Below are positions 1 through 12,080 of a DNA stretch of 64,000 nucleotides, piece by piece. Position numbers and translations under genes: made by a program. The notes under the pieces are model-generated. The model was not told where the DNA came from. It made no database searches and saw nothing but the letters and a program-made list of their open reading frames with translations. The DNA is from Cenococcum geophilum (taxonomy: Eukaryota), in contig CP158635.1 of assembly GCA_050273025.1 (NCBI GenBank), forward strand, positions 15,748,001-15,812,000. Reading direction: 5' to 3'. Positions within the stretch are counted from its first letter, which is position 1; each line of letters starts with the position of its first letter.

Positions 1-404
1 TGGTCGACATCCATAAGCAATTGCTTATGACTTATAGGTATAGGCCTATATAAAGGCCTATATTTGTTGTAGATAGATTCTATATATAGATTCATTCATT
101 CCAATATTATCTAGTTTATTACATCGAAATGCGTTCTAGTAATATGGCAAACAGGAGCTTGCTATACCCTAACTTTTAGCGTGAAAAAGGCATTGCCTTA
201 TTCCTGTCCTTCGTTCTTCACTAGTAAATAAGATCTATATGCTATATGCGATAAAGACCGTTCCAAGCTGGTAATCTCAAGCCGATCTATATTACTCAAA
301 TGCCTAGGTCTTTAGCGCCCTTTATTGTCGGTGTGTCTTAAAGACAGTATATACTGCTTAGGAGGCACGCTTTATATAGCGTATTCCGCTAGATATAGTT
401 ATAC

Positions 405-550
405 CTACTGTAAGTAGTAGGCTAGCGCCTGTTCGCATACAATCCGATCTGGGTAATCCTCGGCCAGCGTGCTTTCTTCAATCTTAACCACCTGCTCTAG
501 CAGCTTTACAGCCTCCTTAACTTGCCCATTCGCCCCGTAAGTAATAGCAA
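405..550 (-). pseudogene. Orphan C-terminal TPR fragment (TPR_10/TPR_12 type, as in fungal NB-ARC-TPR NLRs)
   Basis: Manual translation gives AITYGANGQVKEAVKLLEQVVKIEESTLAEDYPDRIVCEQALAYYLQ*, the typical last kinesin-light-chain-like TPR of fungal NLRs; no upstream continuation is visible. Confidence 0.65.
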
Positions 551-1437
551 TTGGCTAGTATAGCGTATATAGATGGAGATAATGCAGAAACAGGTAATTC
601 TTTACCTGGTCGCCCTTGGAGATAAATGCAACTCCTATAGAGGTTTAGAGAGGACTAAATTATTATAAAATAAATCGCAAGCATTGAAAATAGGTTATAC
701 TAATATTTAGAGTTTTTAAATCGCTGTGTGGATTTTAATTAATTAATTAGTATTGTACGTTATAAAGGTTTAAAGGTATACGTGGGTGGAGGCACTCCTA
801 GCATAAACAACCTTGCCTTTACTTGGAGAGGACTTAGACGAAATATAGAGACTCTTAAATTAACGGAAGAATCTATAAACCCGGATCTTAGGCCCTGCTT
901 ATCCTAGTACTATTCCTTCCTCTATAATATTGACTAGGTAGCAGGCGGAGAAGGTAAAGGTTAGTGCCTTAGGCATTAGGGATATACGTTAAAGACTTTC
1001 GCAGTTATAAACATCATGTAGATAAAAGCGTTTATTAGTTTTGGGCGCCTTAATATCTAAGGCAATAATACCACTTGCAACCAGCTGAAAGCCCCTTACC
1101 GTTCTCCACGAAAGTGCGCATTAAATAACAACTGCATTACGGTTATTAACGGGAAATCTTGCTGTAACACCATTCTCTTAGTATAAAAGCTCTATATAAT
1201 CTAACTTTATAGAGATAAGCTTCTTTCTACCCCAACCTTAATAGCAGATCTAACTTAGTTATACTACATCGCAAAATAACCGTCGACCTTTCGTCCCTAC
1301 CATCTAATGTATAAAAAAGTCAAAGTGAGGCTAGGAGCCTACGATGTCTACACGTTAAGATATATAAGTGCTAGGAGATCTGACCCTCTAACCTCCAACC
1401 CTCTAACCTACTTCCTTATAATTACCCGCTTGTTAAA

Positions 1438-4400
1438 CTAGGCACCTAAATAAATATATGGTGCCTACTTAAGGGGATCTCTAACAAAGCTTGAGCGAAC
1501 CTGTAATAGAGCCTCGCGTAATACTTCTACCACCGTTTGGTTTGAATCCTCCATATCGCTGTATTTGACAAGATACTTATAGAAGTGCCTCGCCACTCGG
1601 ATGTACACTTCATCGTCAGCCGACTATAATGATCCTATAACATGTCCAAATCCGGCCACCTGGAAGGCACTCACGAGATAGAGTGCCTTATCAGTAAAGC
1701 GCGCAGCCTTTACTTCTGCGGTCGAGCATGCTAACAGATAGGCAATCCATGCTCGCCCGAGGCTTTATTCGTTTGAAATCTGTGAAATAGTTAGCTCGTC
1801 GATAGAGAGCCCTAAGGCGTCCCTCTTCTAGAGCAGTAGGTGGCTATTAGAAGGGTTCGCCTGATCTAATAACCCGTAACACGCAAAATAAGTAATGTTA
1901 AATCGCTTTATATCTTTCAGCACGCGGTCCGTAGTGGGGCATTCTAGAGTCTCCACCATATAAATATTTCGAATAGTTTCTTGGATAGCCTCCTTCTCGC
2001 GATTAACCCTATAAAGTGGCCCATAACTAGGGGTTTCTGGCATAGCAACTACAAGAACTAAGGTTTTGCCGCTTTCAAGGTCAGTACTTCTTATTATACG
2101 TGATCTGGAATAGGTGAGTGCCTTAATTGTCGGGGTGTACAAGGGAATCGACTGGCTTAACGTATTCTTAATAGAGTCATTACCGTGATGGCCTGCAGCG
2201 TGGAAGGGTAGAGAGCTTGCGATGCCTATGCCAATCCACCATATCCGGGGAAGCTTGTCGACCGCCGATATTTCACCACCTTTCAATTTTGCGAGCACCA
2301 AGCTCACACAATCCGTCTATAAGCCAGAGAGGAACTCAATATCATCTTCTTTACTTTCGTTCTGTTCACTTTGTATATCTCTGCCGTAATTCTTTTCATT
2401 TTTAACTGCAGCCCGGTACCTTATAAGATCTCATTAGATTCTTCTTAACGCCTTAGACTTAACTAGCTCCGGTAGTGCGATAGCGTAGATATCGGAGGTG
2501 GAAACGATAATGGCATGGCTACTAATGTCAGTAGCATTTACAATAACAATTGGTCCTTCTCTAGCAGCATCCTTTAACTCATCCACGGTAGGCGAGAGGA
2601 GAAATTGTTCGTAGCCAGGCTACTGACGGATCTGCCCTAGGCACTCCTCTATCTCGTGAGCTGCTGCTATACGCTCTCGAACTATCTGCTCTTGAATAGC
2701 AGGTCCCTAAGCGTCGATAACTCGTGATGCCTTGAAGCGAATCGCCTCGTACGTGTTGGCCAAGCTAGGATAGTCCTTTTGTAGTTTAGACAAATCGCTT
2801 CGGCTGTTAATTAAGTATTTAAGGATAAGCCCACGTCTAAACTCTAGCTGTTGCAAAGCATTCTTAACGTTATCAACCTTTAGAGAAAGAGAGTAGGAGT
2901 TAGTAGCAAGACCTAAGGTTTGTAGAACAGTATACTGTTAATCCTTACGACTGAGATGGCGGCTGTATACGAAGGGGAGAAGTTAGACGGCATGTTGGGC
3001 GACTAAGGTGGCGCCTTCCTATTTATCGCGGTCTTAGAGCATTTATATAACGCTATATATAGCTCTAACTCAATTAATAGGAGGTAAAGTTAAATATTTA
3101 AATGAGGTTAGAAAGCAGCCTAGAGTAGCGTCTATATCGTCTAAGTTTCCTATCTACTTATATTGGCTTCTAAGTATATTCCTAAGGCCTTTTAGCCAAT
3201 ATGCCCGGTTAGGATAGTCTTTAGGAGTAATGGATACCGCTGCCTTTACTCTTAAAATAGCCGCTTTTAAGTTATCTATATTTCCCATCCGCTTATATTA
3301 GTAGAATAGCTTAATCCTAAGGTTGTTTAGAGGTAATGCCCGGTAAAAATGGCCTTTAGAAGTAGCGGATACCGCCTCCTTTACTCTTAAGATGGCCGCT
3401 TTTAAGTTATCTATGTTTCCCGTCCGCTTATATTAGCTTAATAGCTTACCCCTAAGGTTATTTAAATATATTGCCCGGTAAAGATAGCCTTTAGAAGTAG
3501 CAGATACTACCTCCTCTACTCCTAAGATAGCCGCTTCTAAGTTATCTATGTTTTCCGTCTACTTATATTAGCTTTTAAGTATAATCCTAAGGTTAATTAG
3601 CTAACCTACCCAGTTAAAATAGTCTTTAGGAGTAGCAGATACCGTTACCTCTACTCTTAAAATAGCCGCTTCTAAGTTATTTATATTTTCCGTCCGCTTA
3701 TATTAGTGTAATAATATACCTTTAAGACCGGCTAGCTGACCTACCTAGTTAGGATAGTCTTTAGGAGTAGTAGATACCGCCTCCTTTACTCTTAAAATAG
3801 CCGCTTCTAAGTTATCTATGCTTCCCGTTTATTTATATCGGCGTAATAGTATATTCCTAAGGCTGTTTAGCCAAACTGCCTAGTTAAAATAGTCTTTAGG
3901 AGTAGTAGATACCGCCTCCTCTATTCTTAAAATAGCCGCTTCTAAGTTATCTATATCCCCTATCCGCTTATATCGACTTAATAGCTTACTCTTAAGGTTT
4001 TTTAGCCTACCTGCCTGGTTAGAACGGTCTTTAGGAGTAGTAAACACTACTACCTCTACTCTTAAGATAGCTACTTCTAAGTTATCTATATTTCCTATCC
4101 GCTTATATTAGCAGATTAGCTTATCCCTAAGGTTATTTAAATATATTACCCAGTTAGAATAGTCTTTAGGAGTAGTAGATACCGCCTCTTCTGCTCTTAA
4201 AATAGCCGCTTCTAAGTTATCTATATTTCCTATCCGTTTATATCAGCTTTTAAGTATATTTCTAAGGTTATCTAGATACCCTACCTGGTAAAGATAGCCT
4301 TTAGAAGTAGCAGACACCGCCTTCTTTACTCTTAAAATAGCCGCTTCTAAGTTATCTATATTTCCCGTCCGCTTATATCGGCTTTTAAGCATATTTATAA

Positions 4401-6075
4401 GGTTGTTTAGTGTAAGTACCTAGTTAGGATAATCTTTAGGAATAGTAAATACCGCTACCTCTCCTTTTAAAATAGCCTCTTCTAAGTTATCTATATTTCC
4501 CGTCCGCTTATATTAGCGAGATAGCATAATCCTAAGGTTAATTAGTATAATTGCCTAGTTAGGATAGTCTTGGGGAGTAGCAAACGCCGCCTCCTTTACT
4601 CTTAAGATGCCCGCTTTTAAGTCATTTATATTTCCTATCCGCTTATATTAGATTCTAAGGTCACTTTTAAAGTTGCTTAACCAACCTACCTAGTTAGGAT
4701 AGTCTTTGGGAATAGCAGATACCGCTACCCCTACTCTTAAAATGGCCGCTTTTAAGTTATCTATGTTTCCTATCCGTTTATATTGGCTTTTAAGTATACT
4801 CTTAAGGTTGCTTAGCCGACCTACCCGGTTAGAATAATCTTTAGGAGTAGCAGATACTACCTCCTCTACTCTTAAAATAGCCGCTTTTAAGTCATTTATA
4901 TTTCCTATCTGCTTATATTAGCCTTTAAGCTTACTCCCAAGGTTGCTTAAATATATTGCCCGGTTAAAATAGTCTTAGGGAGTAGCAGATACCGCTTCCT
5001 CTGCTCTTAAAATGGCCGCTTCTAAGTTATCTATATTTCTTATCCGCTTATATCGGTTTTTAAGTATATTTCTAAGGTTGTTTAGCCAACCTGCCTAGTT
5101 AGGATAGTCTTTAGGAGTAGTAGACACCGCCTCCTCTACTCTTAAAATAGCCGCTTTTAAGTTATCTATATTTCCCATCCGCTTATATCGGCCTTTAAGC
5201 GTACTCCTAAGGTTGCTTAAATACATTACCCGGTTAGGATAGCCTTAGAAAGTAGCAGAAACCGCTTCCTTTGCTCTTAAAATGGCCGCTTCTAAGTTAT
5301 CTATATTTCTCATCCGCTTATATCGGTTTTTAAGTATATTCCTAAGGTTGTTTAGCCGACCTACCTAGTTAGAATAGTCTTTGGGAGTAGCAGACACCAC
5401 CTCCTCTACTCTTAAGATGGCCGCTTTTAAGTTATTTATATTTCCTATCCGTTTATATTAGCGGGATAGTATAACTCTAAGGTTGCTTAGCTACCTTACC
5501 TAGTTAGAATAGTCTTCGGAAGTAGTAGATACTGCATTCTCTGCTCTTAAGATAGCTGCTTCTAAGTCATCCATATTTCCCGTTTACTTATATTAACTTA
5601 ATAGCGTATTCCCAAAGTTGTTTAGTATACCTACGCGGTTAGAATAGTCTTTAGGTATAATAGCGAGAGCTAGCTCTACCTTAGAGATCGCTTCTGCTAT
5701 ATTATCTTTTTTTAAGGTCCGTTTAAACCAAGCTATAAGTAACTCGTTTAGGATGTATAACTTAGTTACTAAATTAAATATGTCCCTAAATAATATTATA
5801 ACTGCCTATTTTATAGCCTAAATAGCTTTATCTAGGTCCTTAGTATTTTACGTTTAGCGAAACTAAGTTATAAGTATATGCTATAAGAGATTAACTCTCT
5901 TTTTTAGTATCCTATTATCTCTAGCTATTATATCTATAGCTTGTTTTGCTCTTTAGATAGACTCTTTTAAGTACTCCATACTACTAGATTGCAAAAATTA
6001 GGTATGGTTTGCTTTTATAAGAATAAATAGCATAGCAGTATTATCTAATAATGGTACGCTAGTAGACAGATCTAT
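1438..6075 (-). pseudogene. TPR-repeat + CHAT (caspase-clan) protease A1, RIP-inactivated
   Basis: CHAT motifs in one frame: RIWWIG...SLPFHAAG, YFACYG (for HFACHG), WIAYLLACSTAEV...LVSAFQVAGFGHVIGSL(W), C-terminal (W)APYIYLGA* ending at 1438. Preceded by 135-bp/45-aa TPR repeats. Many TAA/TAG where CAA/CAG/TGG is expected. Start approximate (ATA, probably a mutated ATG). Confidence 0.9.
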
Positions 6076-6606
6076 AACTTTCCTAAAAGGTGGCTCTTTA
6101 TATATTAATTAGTTATTGATATTAAGTATATTAATTAATGTATTTAAACTTTATAAGACTGAACTTAATATATAAAAGTAATAGGTAAAGTAAAAATGCT
6201 TACTAAGGCAAATCCTACACTATGCCGGCTGCTGTTAAATACAGTAGGGTATGTAAGGGGTAGAGGATATATATTTATAGTTAGATATATAAACCACTTA
6301 GGAGCAATAGCCTTATAATTAAGCTTTTACAAAAAAGAAAGCCCTAGGGCTAGATACCTAACAGCTAGCTATTTATACTTTTACCCTAATATCGCTATAC
6401 AATTGTAGATAAATAAACACTAATAGGTAGAACAGTACTAAGGTTAGGGCTTTCCTACTTAGGGTATAGCCGTATAAATAGGGCTAACCGGCTGCTACAG
6501 CCTAACTACTATAGCCTAGCTGAAATGCCTCGCCGTATATAGCCGCGGAGCCTAGCCTAGTAAAGTCATATTCTAGACAGCTAGCGAAAAGAAGCTCACA
6601 CCTCAC
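2893..6606. repeat. Left arm of large inverted repeat A (partner 12081-14833)
   Basis: 6480-6606 is the reverse complement of 12081-12210, and 2893 gtaggagttagtagcaagacctaagg is the reverse complement of the sequence ending at 14833; differences are mostly transitions. Confidence 0.9.
3120..5700 (-). repeat. 135-bp tandem repeats encoding 45-aa TPR-like units (18 clear units plus degenerate ends)
   Basis: Anchor ccgcttYtaagttatctata recurs at 3261, 3396, 3531 ... 5556 with exact 135-bp spacing; unit approximates HPNRAxxLNNLGxxLxxRYERTGNMDDLEAAISRAEEAVSATPED. Confidence 0.92.
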
Positions 6607-7504
6607 TTTACGGACAACTGGCCAATTGTAGGTTGCGCTACTACTGCCTAATAAAAGTTTTCTGTTAGTCCTCTAAGCTTTATTATAGCGATTTAGTCTA
6701 TTAATCGTATACTTTGACTTTTCAATTTTCCTTATCTGTATATGACGAACTATTAGGCAGTACTTATTAGGTTTGACTTTTACGTAAAAGTCTAATCCCT
6801 TAAAGGAGCTGTTTAAGCTATAGAGATAATTAAGCAGTTTCTTTAGGAAGGAACAAACCCTATAGATATTATAATACCTATAGTAAGTACGCCTTCACAC
6901 CTAAACTCTCGCTATTTAGCTAACACGTCTAATACGTCTGACTTATAACTAATATATACGAATGTAACCTCTAGCCTCGTAAAAATAACAGCTTAGGCAA
7001 AGCTAGGAGATTATATATATATCTATACCCCAAAAAGCATCTAGGTTATAACGCTTTATAACTAATTACTTCTTATATCGGCCCGCGATTCCTAGGTTAT
7101 GTTTTAAGTAGATTCTAATTATCCAGCTATAAGGAATTTTCTCTTATATATACTGCGACGCGCGTATATAAACTAGCTAAGTACTTATATCCCAATCGCC
7201 TTCTACAGGCCATTAATAACGTAGATATCTATACCGGGTATTTGCTTAATATAACACTAAATGGCATTGGTCTAGTGGATCCTATAGCTTGTCCAGCTAA
7301 CATAGCCGTAGTATTTCAACTTTTAGAGCTATTATATATGACGTGTTATCAGCCATTAACTTCCCTACCATAAGAACAGCTAGAAACACTCTACCGCCGC
7401 ATTCTGGTAGGTATATCTTGTGCTCCACGCGACGAGACCCAATTAGTAACGTTGGCTTATAGTGGACTTATTAATTACAGCTTTGGGCACGACCAGCTTC
7501 ACCC

Positions 7505-7937
7505 CCCTCTTTAGTAAAATTATTATTCGCTATATATCCAATTTCGCTTAGTTGCTACTAACTATATATAGCAATCGTAGCGAACGCCTATACTTGGTTG
7601 CAAGAACTTCAAACTTCGCGATCGGCCTTCTCCCGTAGTGTCGCGATCTTCGTTAAATATCGTAAGGTTTCCACCCGTACGATATTGCTAAATTTCATCG
7701 GCAATTGCAGAGACAGCGTTGTATTCGCGTTTTAGCGGCCACGACGGAGGCGTAGTTAAGGGGGGGAAGAGGAAGAGTACGTCTTTAATTTGATTCCCCT
7801 AGCTAACTAAGGCGATTCTCTAGGGCAACCAAAAAGGTCCTTGCGTGCAGGCATATGCGTTCGCTACAATTACTATATACAGTTGGTGGCGATTTGGCGA
7901 GCCCGCGTACTGTAGCGAAATAAATTTTTGCTAGAGG
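7505..7937. repeat. Short imperfect inverted repeat (about 100-bp arms, about 230-bp spacer), MITE/fold-back-like
   Basis: Left ...ctaactatatatagcaatcgtagcgaacgcctatacttg matches the reverse complement of right caggcatatgcgttcgctacaattactatatacagttgg; homology extends to ctctttagtaaaatt / aatttttgctagag. Confidence 0.6.
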
Positions 7938-8584
7938 CTGTATACGCCCCGGCTATGTATGCCGAAAGGATATACTTAGGCGAGCAAGGTGGAATGATAT
8001 TTAAAAGTAGCTCCTCCTTTGCAAGTAAAACATGCAATTTGTTGTCAATCCTATCGACACAGCCTGTTTCGTGCTAGTTGTATCTCGCTATGCTAACCGT
8101 GCTCTGTTAACTACGCAGCAATTACTATTTCCTCCTCGCTCTAGCCGCCGCTAAAGAGTCTTAATAATAAGAACGACGTGCTAATATTAAAAACCGGCTA
8201 GGATTACTAGCTGGTGTTAGCCGGCTCTTAATCGTGGTTAGGTTATGCTCCTACTATTATATCTACTACGGTCATTTATAGCTTGCAACGTTATAGGCTT
8301 TATAATATTATCGGCTCGGAAATAGCCCGGGCTCTTAGACTGGCTCTTTATAATACTTCTAAATACGTACGTTATAGTCGGTCTATACTTATAGTATATA
8401 TAAAAAGTCTATAAGACTATAAGCACCACAAAGCCTTTATTGCAAGAGAAAGGCCATGATAAAATAGGAAACACTTAATCTTACAAACCCTCTATATCAT
8501 TTTACTCACTCTTTAACTGTATCTTTTGGCTCAGTTAGATTGTTAACATTTATAGTTTTGGATTCCCCTTCCGTAATTACGTAG

Positions 8585-9649
8585 ATGCCGAGTTTGCCCA
8601 CGACGTTGCTTGGCAAGCTGGCCCATTGGTTAGTTTTTTTATTCGCGAGCATCCTTGTCTAAGCCTTAATATCTTGTTCTTTGTCCCTATAATCTTAGTT
8701 AGTAATCTAAATGTTATAGGGTTACTATATTAGTTCGACCAGCAAACGGACGTGTTTATGATTAGCACCAATTATATATTATAACTACGTCTTCGACCGC
8801 ATCTAGCCGCCATCCACTACTTTGATCTTAGACAGTCTCTTTCCCTAGGATGCCGTTTAACTTAGTCGCCTAGTCCTGTGTCCTCAGGATCTAGTATAAG
8901 ACTTCTATTAGCCTGACCCTCACTCTTTCTCCGACGACGACGACGTCATTATATAACGGCTTGAGAATTTTAAGCATATCCTCGAGCAGACAAAAGGCTT
9001 ACGGCTTTATACATTCTTATCGCAGCCTCTATATATCTTATATAATGCTTAAAATGTTTCCAGGGTCGATATATCCTCAGCGGTTTGTATTAACCGTTAA
9101 CTTTAAAACTCTAGAGAAATCTTCTAAAGGGTTTGCCACTCTTCGTCGTCTCGGCGATAGCTAGAGCGGGTAATTAGAAGGAGACAGAACGTTTATCTAG
9201 TAGTTGGCATTAGGACTTTGACAGACGCGCGTATTAGCCAACGCGAGTCCCAGTTAGCGGGAGTTGAAGGAGCGATCTAGGTGCCTGTGACCTTGGCCGC
9301 CGCAGCGGGTGGAGTTGTTATACCCCTAGGAGATATTTTAGATGTTGGTGCTGGTATATCTCGGGAACGACGAATAGATGAAACGAAAGGCTTTATTGCG
9401 CCGGGAGAGCAAATATTTGCCGTGCAGTATAGGAAGGTAGAGTTAAGAAGGTTTTCAAGCCGAGACATTGATAATGCCTATCTTGAGTCTGGAAACCGTT
9501 GGAAAATCTACGCAGAAGGGAGAGGAGGGAAAGAAACCGCTGGGATTATTGTTGACGCAGAGGTCCATAAATACTTATAGAAGAGGGACCTTGAACAAGG
9601 GTACTGCGAAAGTCTTATATTTAAGGGTAAAGTATTCCTCTATCTTTAG
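8585..9649 (+). pseudogene. Fungal gasdermin-like (RCD-1/HET-Q1-type) pore-forming protein 1, RIP-inactivated
   Basis: One frame from about 8800: LFP(Q)DAV(Q)LSRLVLCPQD...RR(W)LERVIRRRQNVYLVVGIRTLTDA...FIAPGEQIFAVQYRKV. These match the LGRLV..P, W...VYLVVG and APGEQIxAVQYRKV motifs of fungal gasdermins. 5' structure uncertain (ATG at 8585, possible intron). Confidence 0.8.
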
Positions 9650-9898
9650 GCGTGCACCGGAGCTTAGTACCATTTGCTATATATAGTTTTATAACTTGAC
9701 TATCCCTCTCTCTAGTAGCACGTGGCATCCCAATGTAGTGCGTGCGATAAAATGCGTGATTTTAGGAGGTGAATTTGCCTCGGATATAAAGACGCACGGC
9801 CTATATCCGGATACAATGCGGAGAGAAGAATAGTTTAATCTGTTAGGCCACCAAAATGATCAAAAAGGTCAAAATTCTAAGTATGTATTTTGAGCACA

Positions 9899-11845
9899 CT
9901 ATGAAGTAGCATCTTGTATGGATTGAGGTCGCAAAGAAAAAGGTAGATGCTTAACGGCGTAAGGAATACAATAACCTTAAGTATTACGCGCAATGTCTCT
10001 ATCTTTGCTATAGGCAAACTGGTATATAAGCCTCTCTAAACTAGAAATATCCCCTCTTATCTCAGGACAGGGCAGCAGCGGCTTGGCTAAATGCTGAAGG
10101 TCAACCTCCGAGCTTGATATTAGAAATATTAACCTCTCCTCCACATGCTCTCTTTTAGAGATTGGTTCTGGCCAGAAAATTTCTAGTCCTTTAAGTCTAA
10201 TACCGAACTGACTTTTTCCAAGCGTATACTTACGGCTAGGGCCTAGCTCAATCCCCTTTGGCGAAGATGTTAATACTAAGGTGACTTTTCTAGCAACATT
10301 AACGTCGAACACGGACACAAACACTGTGCTGGTGTCATTGCTACGAAGCGATATATAAACCCGCTCTTTCTCTGTTACAGAGGCTTGCCTATTCTCCGGA
10401 AGTGGAAGTGGATTGCGTTGGCCATCGCGAACAACACCGAATTTAATATCCACCTTATGATTAAGTTTTTTATCGCCAGTTCCTGACTCAAGTTTGAGGA
10501 GGTGCTGCGCTTGAGCAAGCCTCTTAGTATAAATGATAGCCTTTTTAACAGCTGCCTGTAAGGTCCCAATAGTGAACTAATACAAGGCAAGGTGTACTTC
10601 TCGAGCGTTAAGTATGAAAATTTCCCCTCCTTCTTGCCGAAACTCAACTAGCCGTTCAATATCTTCCTTAGGTTTGTAGCATTTAAGAAACTTAAAAGCA
10701 GCTAGCCGTGTTTAAAGAGCCTGGAAGCCATCTAGATATGAAGCGGCGAATTGATAGAGGGTCTCGGCCTGTAAGAAAGCGAGTGCTCCGTTGTAGGGTA
10801 TGCGGCTAGGCGTTGTTCCAAATTCTAACTTGGCTTTGGCTTTAAATCCGTTAATATTAGTGACCTTTGCTATTGCTATAATTTTTTCCTTCTCTACCCG
10901 CTCTGACCCGAAGAGCATGATAGCATAAACATTCCCTTCCCGCACCCCTATGACTCTCCCCCCTTAAATTATTACTTTACTATCTTCCATTTTAATTACA
11001 AACGCCCCGTTTCTTACTGTTTTGATAGAAAAGAGTATGCGCTTATCAGGCCCTTCCACTCGGGGATGCTGTTGAGGGAACTCGATATTTACGCTTTCAC
11101 TAACCCTAAGTAGGACGGTTCGCCACGAAACTTTTTGGCTATATGTTTTCTTAATCGCAGAAGCAAGCGATTCCGTCAGCGCACCTATGGGTTGACCCTT
11201 AAGGTTCTCGTACTCCCATGCGGTCTCTGTGGTAGCCGCGGCGGCTATGCGTATAGCGTAAGGATTGCCCTTAATGAAAATCTCTCTATTAAGCTGTCCC
11301 TCCATCCGGAGCTTGTCCGCATAGTTTAGCAGGATGTTGTGGTGCTGGAGGTTTAGCAAGCTCTTTGGTCGGGCTTTGTCTTTATGACGTAGGTCGCGGC
11401 ATATGCGGGAAGCGTAACAGCAGTCCAAAATGACGGTGACGTTCCGTGTCTTCTTAGTGATGTCTTGTAATATATGTGACATCTTAACGTCTAATATGCC
11501 TTAAAAGTCATTCTTAGTTATCTTATTATAGTCTACCGGAACTATGAACTGAGAGCGCTATGGCTTTTCGGACTATTTCTGCCCATTATTCTTATTCGGT
11601 TTCGACTCCACTACGGCGCCGTGTCCAGAGTAGTAAATTACGACCGTGTTATTGGCAGAAGTATTGGAGATGAGTTGCTGCTATGCCTTGAGAATCCCGG
11701 CCCGAGTAGCATTTTTATCACAACACTTCTCTATCTGAAATGTATACTTTCCAAGAACGGCCGCTATTGTTTTAATATTATTCTTTAGGCTAAGGAGTCC
11801 GCTATAGGGGCTGGCAATAAGTAGGGCGCGATTTTTTAAAGACAT
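9899..11845 (-). pseudogene. Caspase-like (Peptidase_C14/metacaspase) protein 1 with long C-terminal extension, about 650 codons
   Basis: MSLKNRALLIASPY...NATRAGILKA(W)...VVIYYSGHG...VTVILDCCYAS. ORF fragments 10964-11482, 10712-10945 and 9977-10453 share one frame broken only by RIP-type stops. Confidence 0.9.
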
Positions 11846-12080
11846 TATTCCTCTAGGTGTAAGGAAGTGTTTAGAGTTAGATAGGAATTAAAGGCTAATA
11901 CTTAGAAGCTTTGCATTAAGTCACCTCTAGAATATTTAAAGAAATATTAGCGTATTCGATTAATAGACCTTATGGATTATTATAAGGCTAAGTCAATAGT
12001 AAGGTTCCGTTAGGTAGCAATAGCCTTATCTAGCTAATGCGTAACAAGCGAATAGTAAACACTAAGATAAAGTTTTACTA

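Noticed and set aside
9277..11329. ORFs 9277-9468 (-), 9468-9686 (+), 10375-10647 (-), 11135-11329 (+), and likewise 8961-9164 (+)
   Set aside because: Alternative-frame or antisense overlaps of the gasdermin and caspase-like pseudogenes, with no recognisable motifs.
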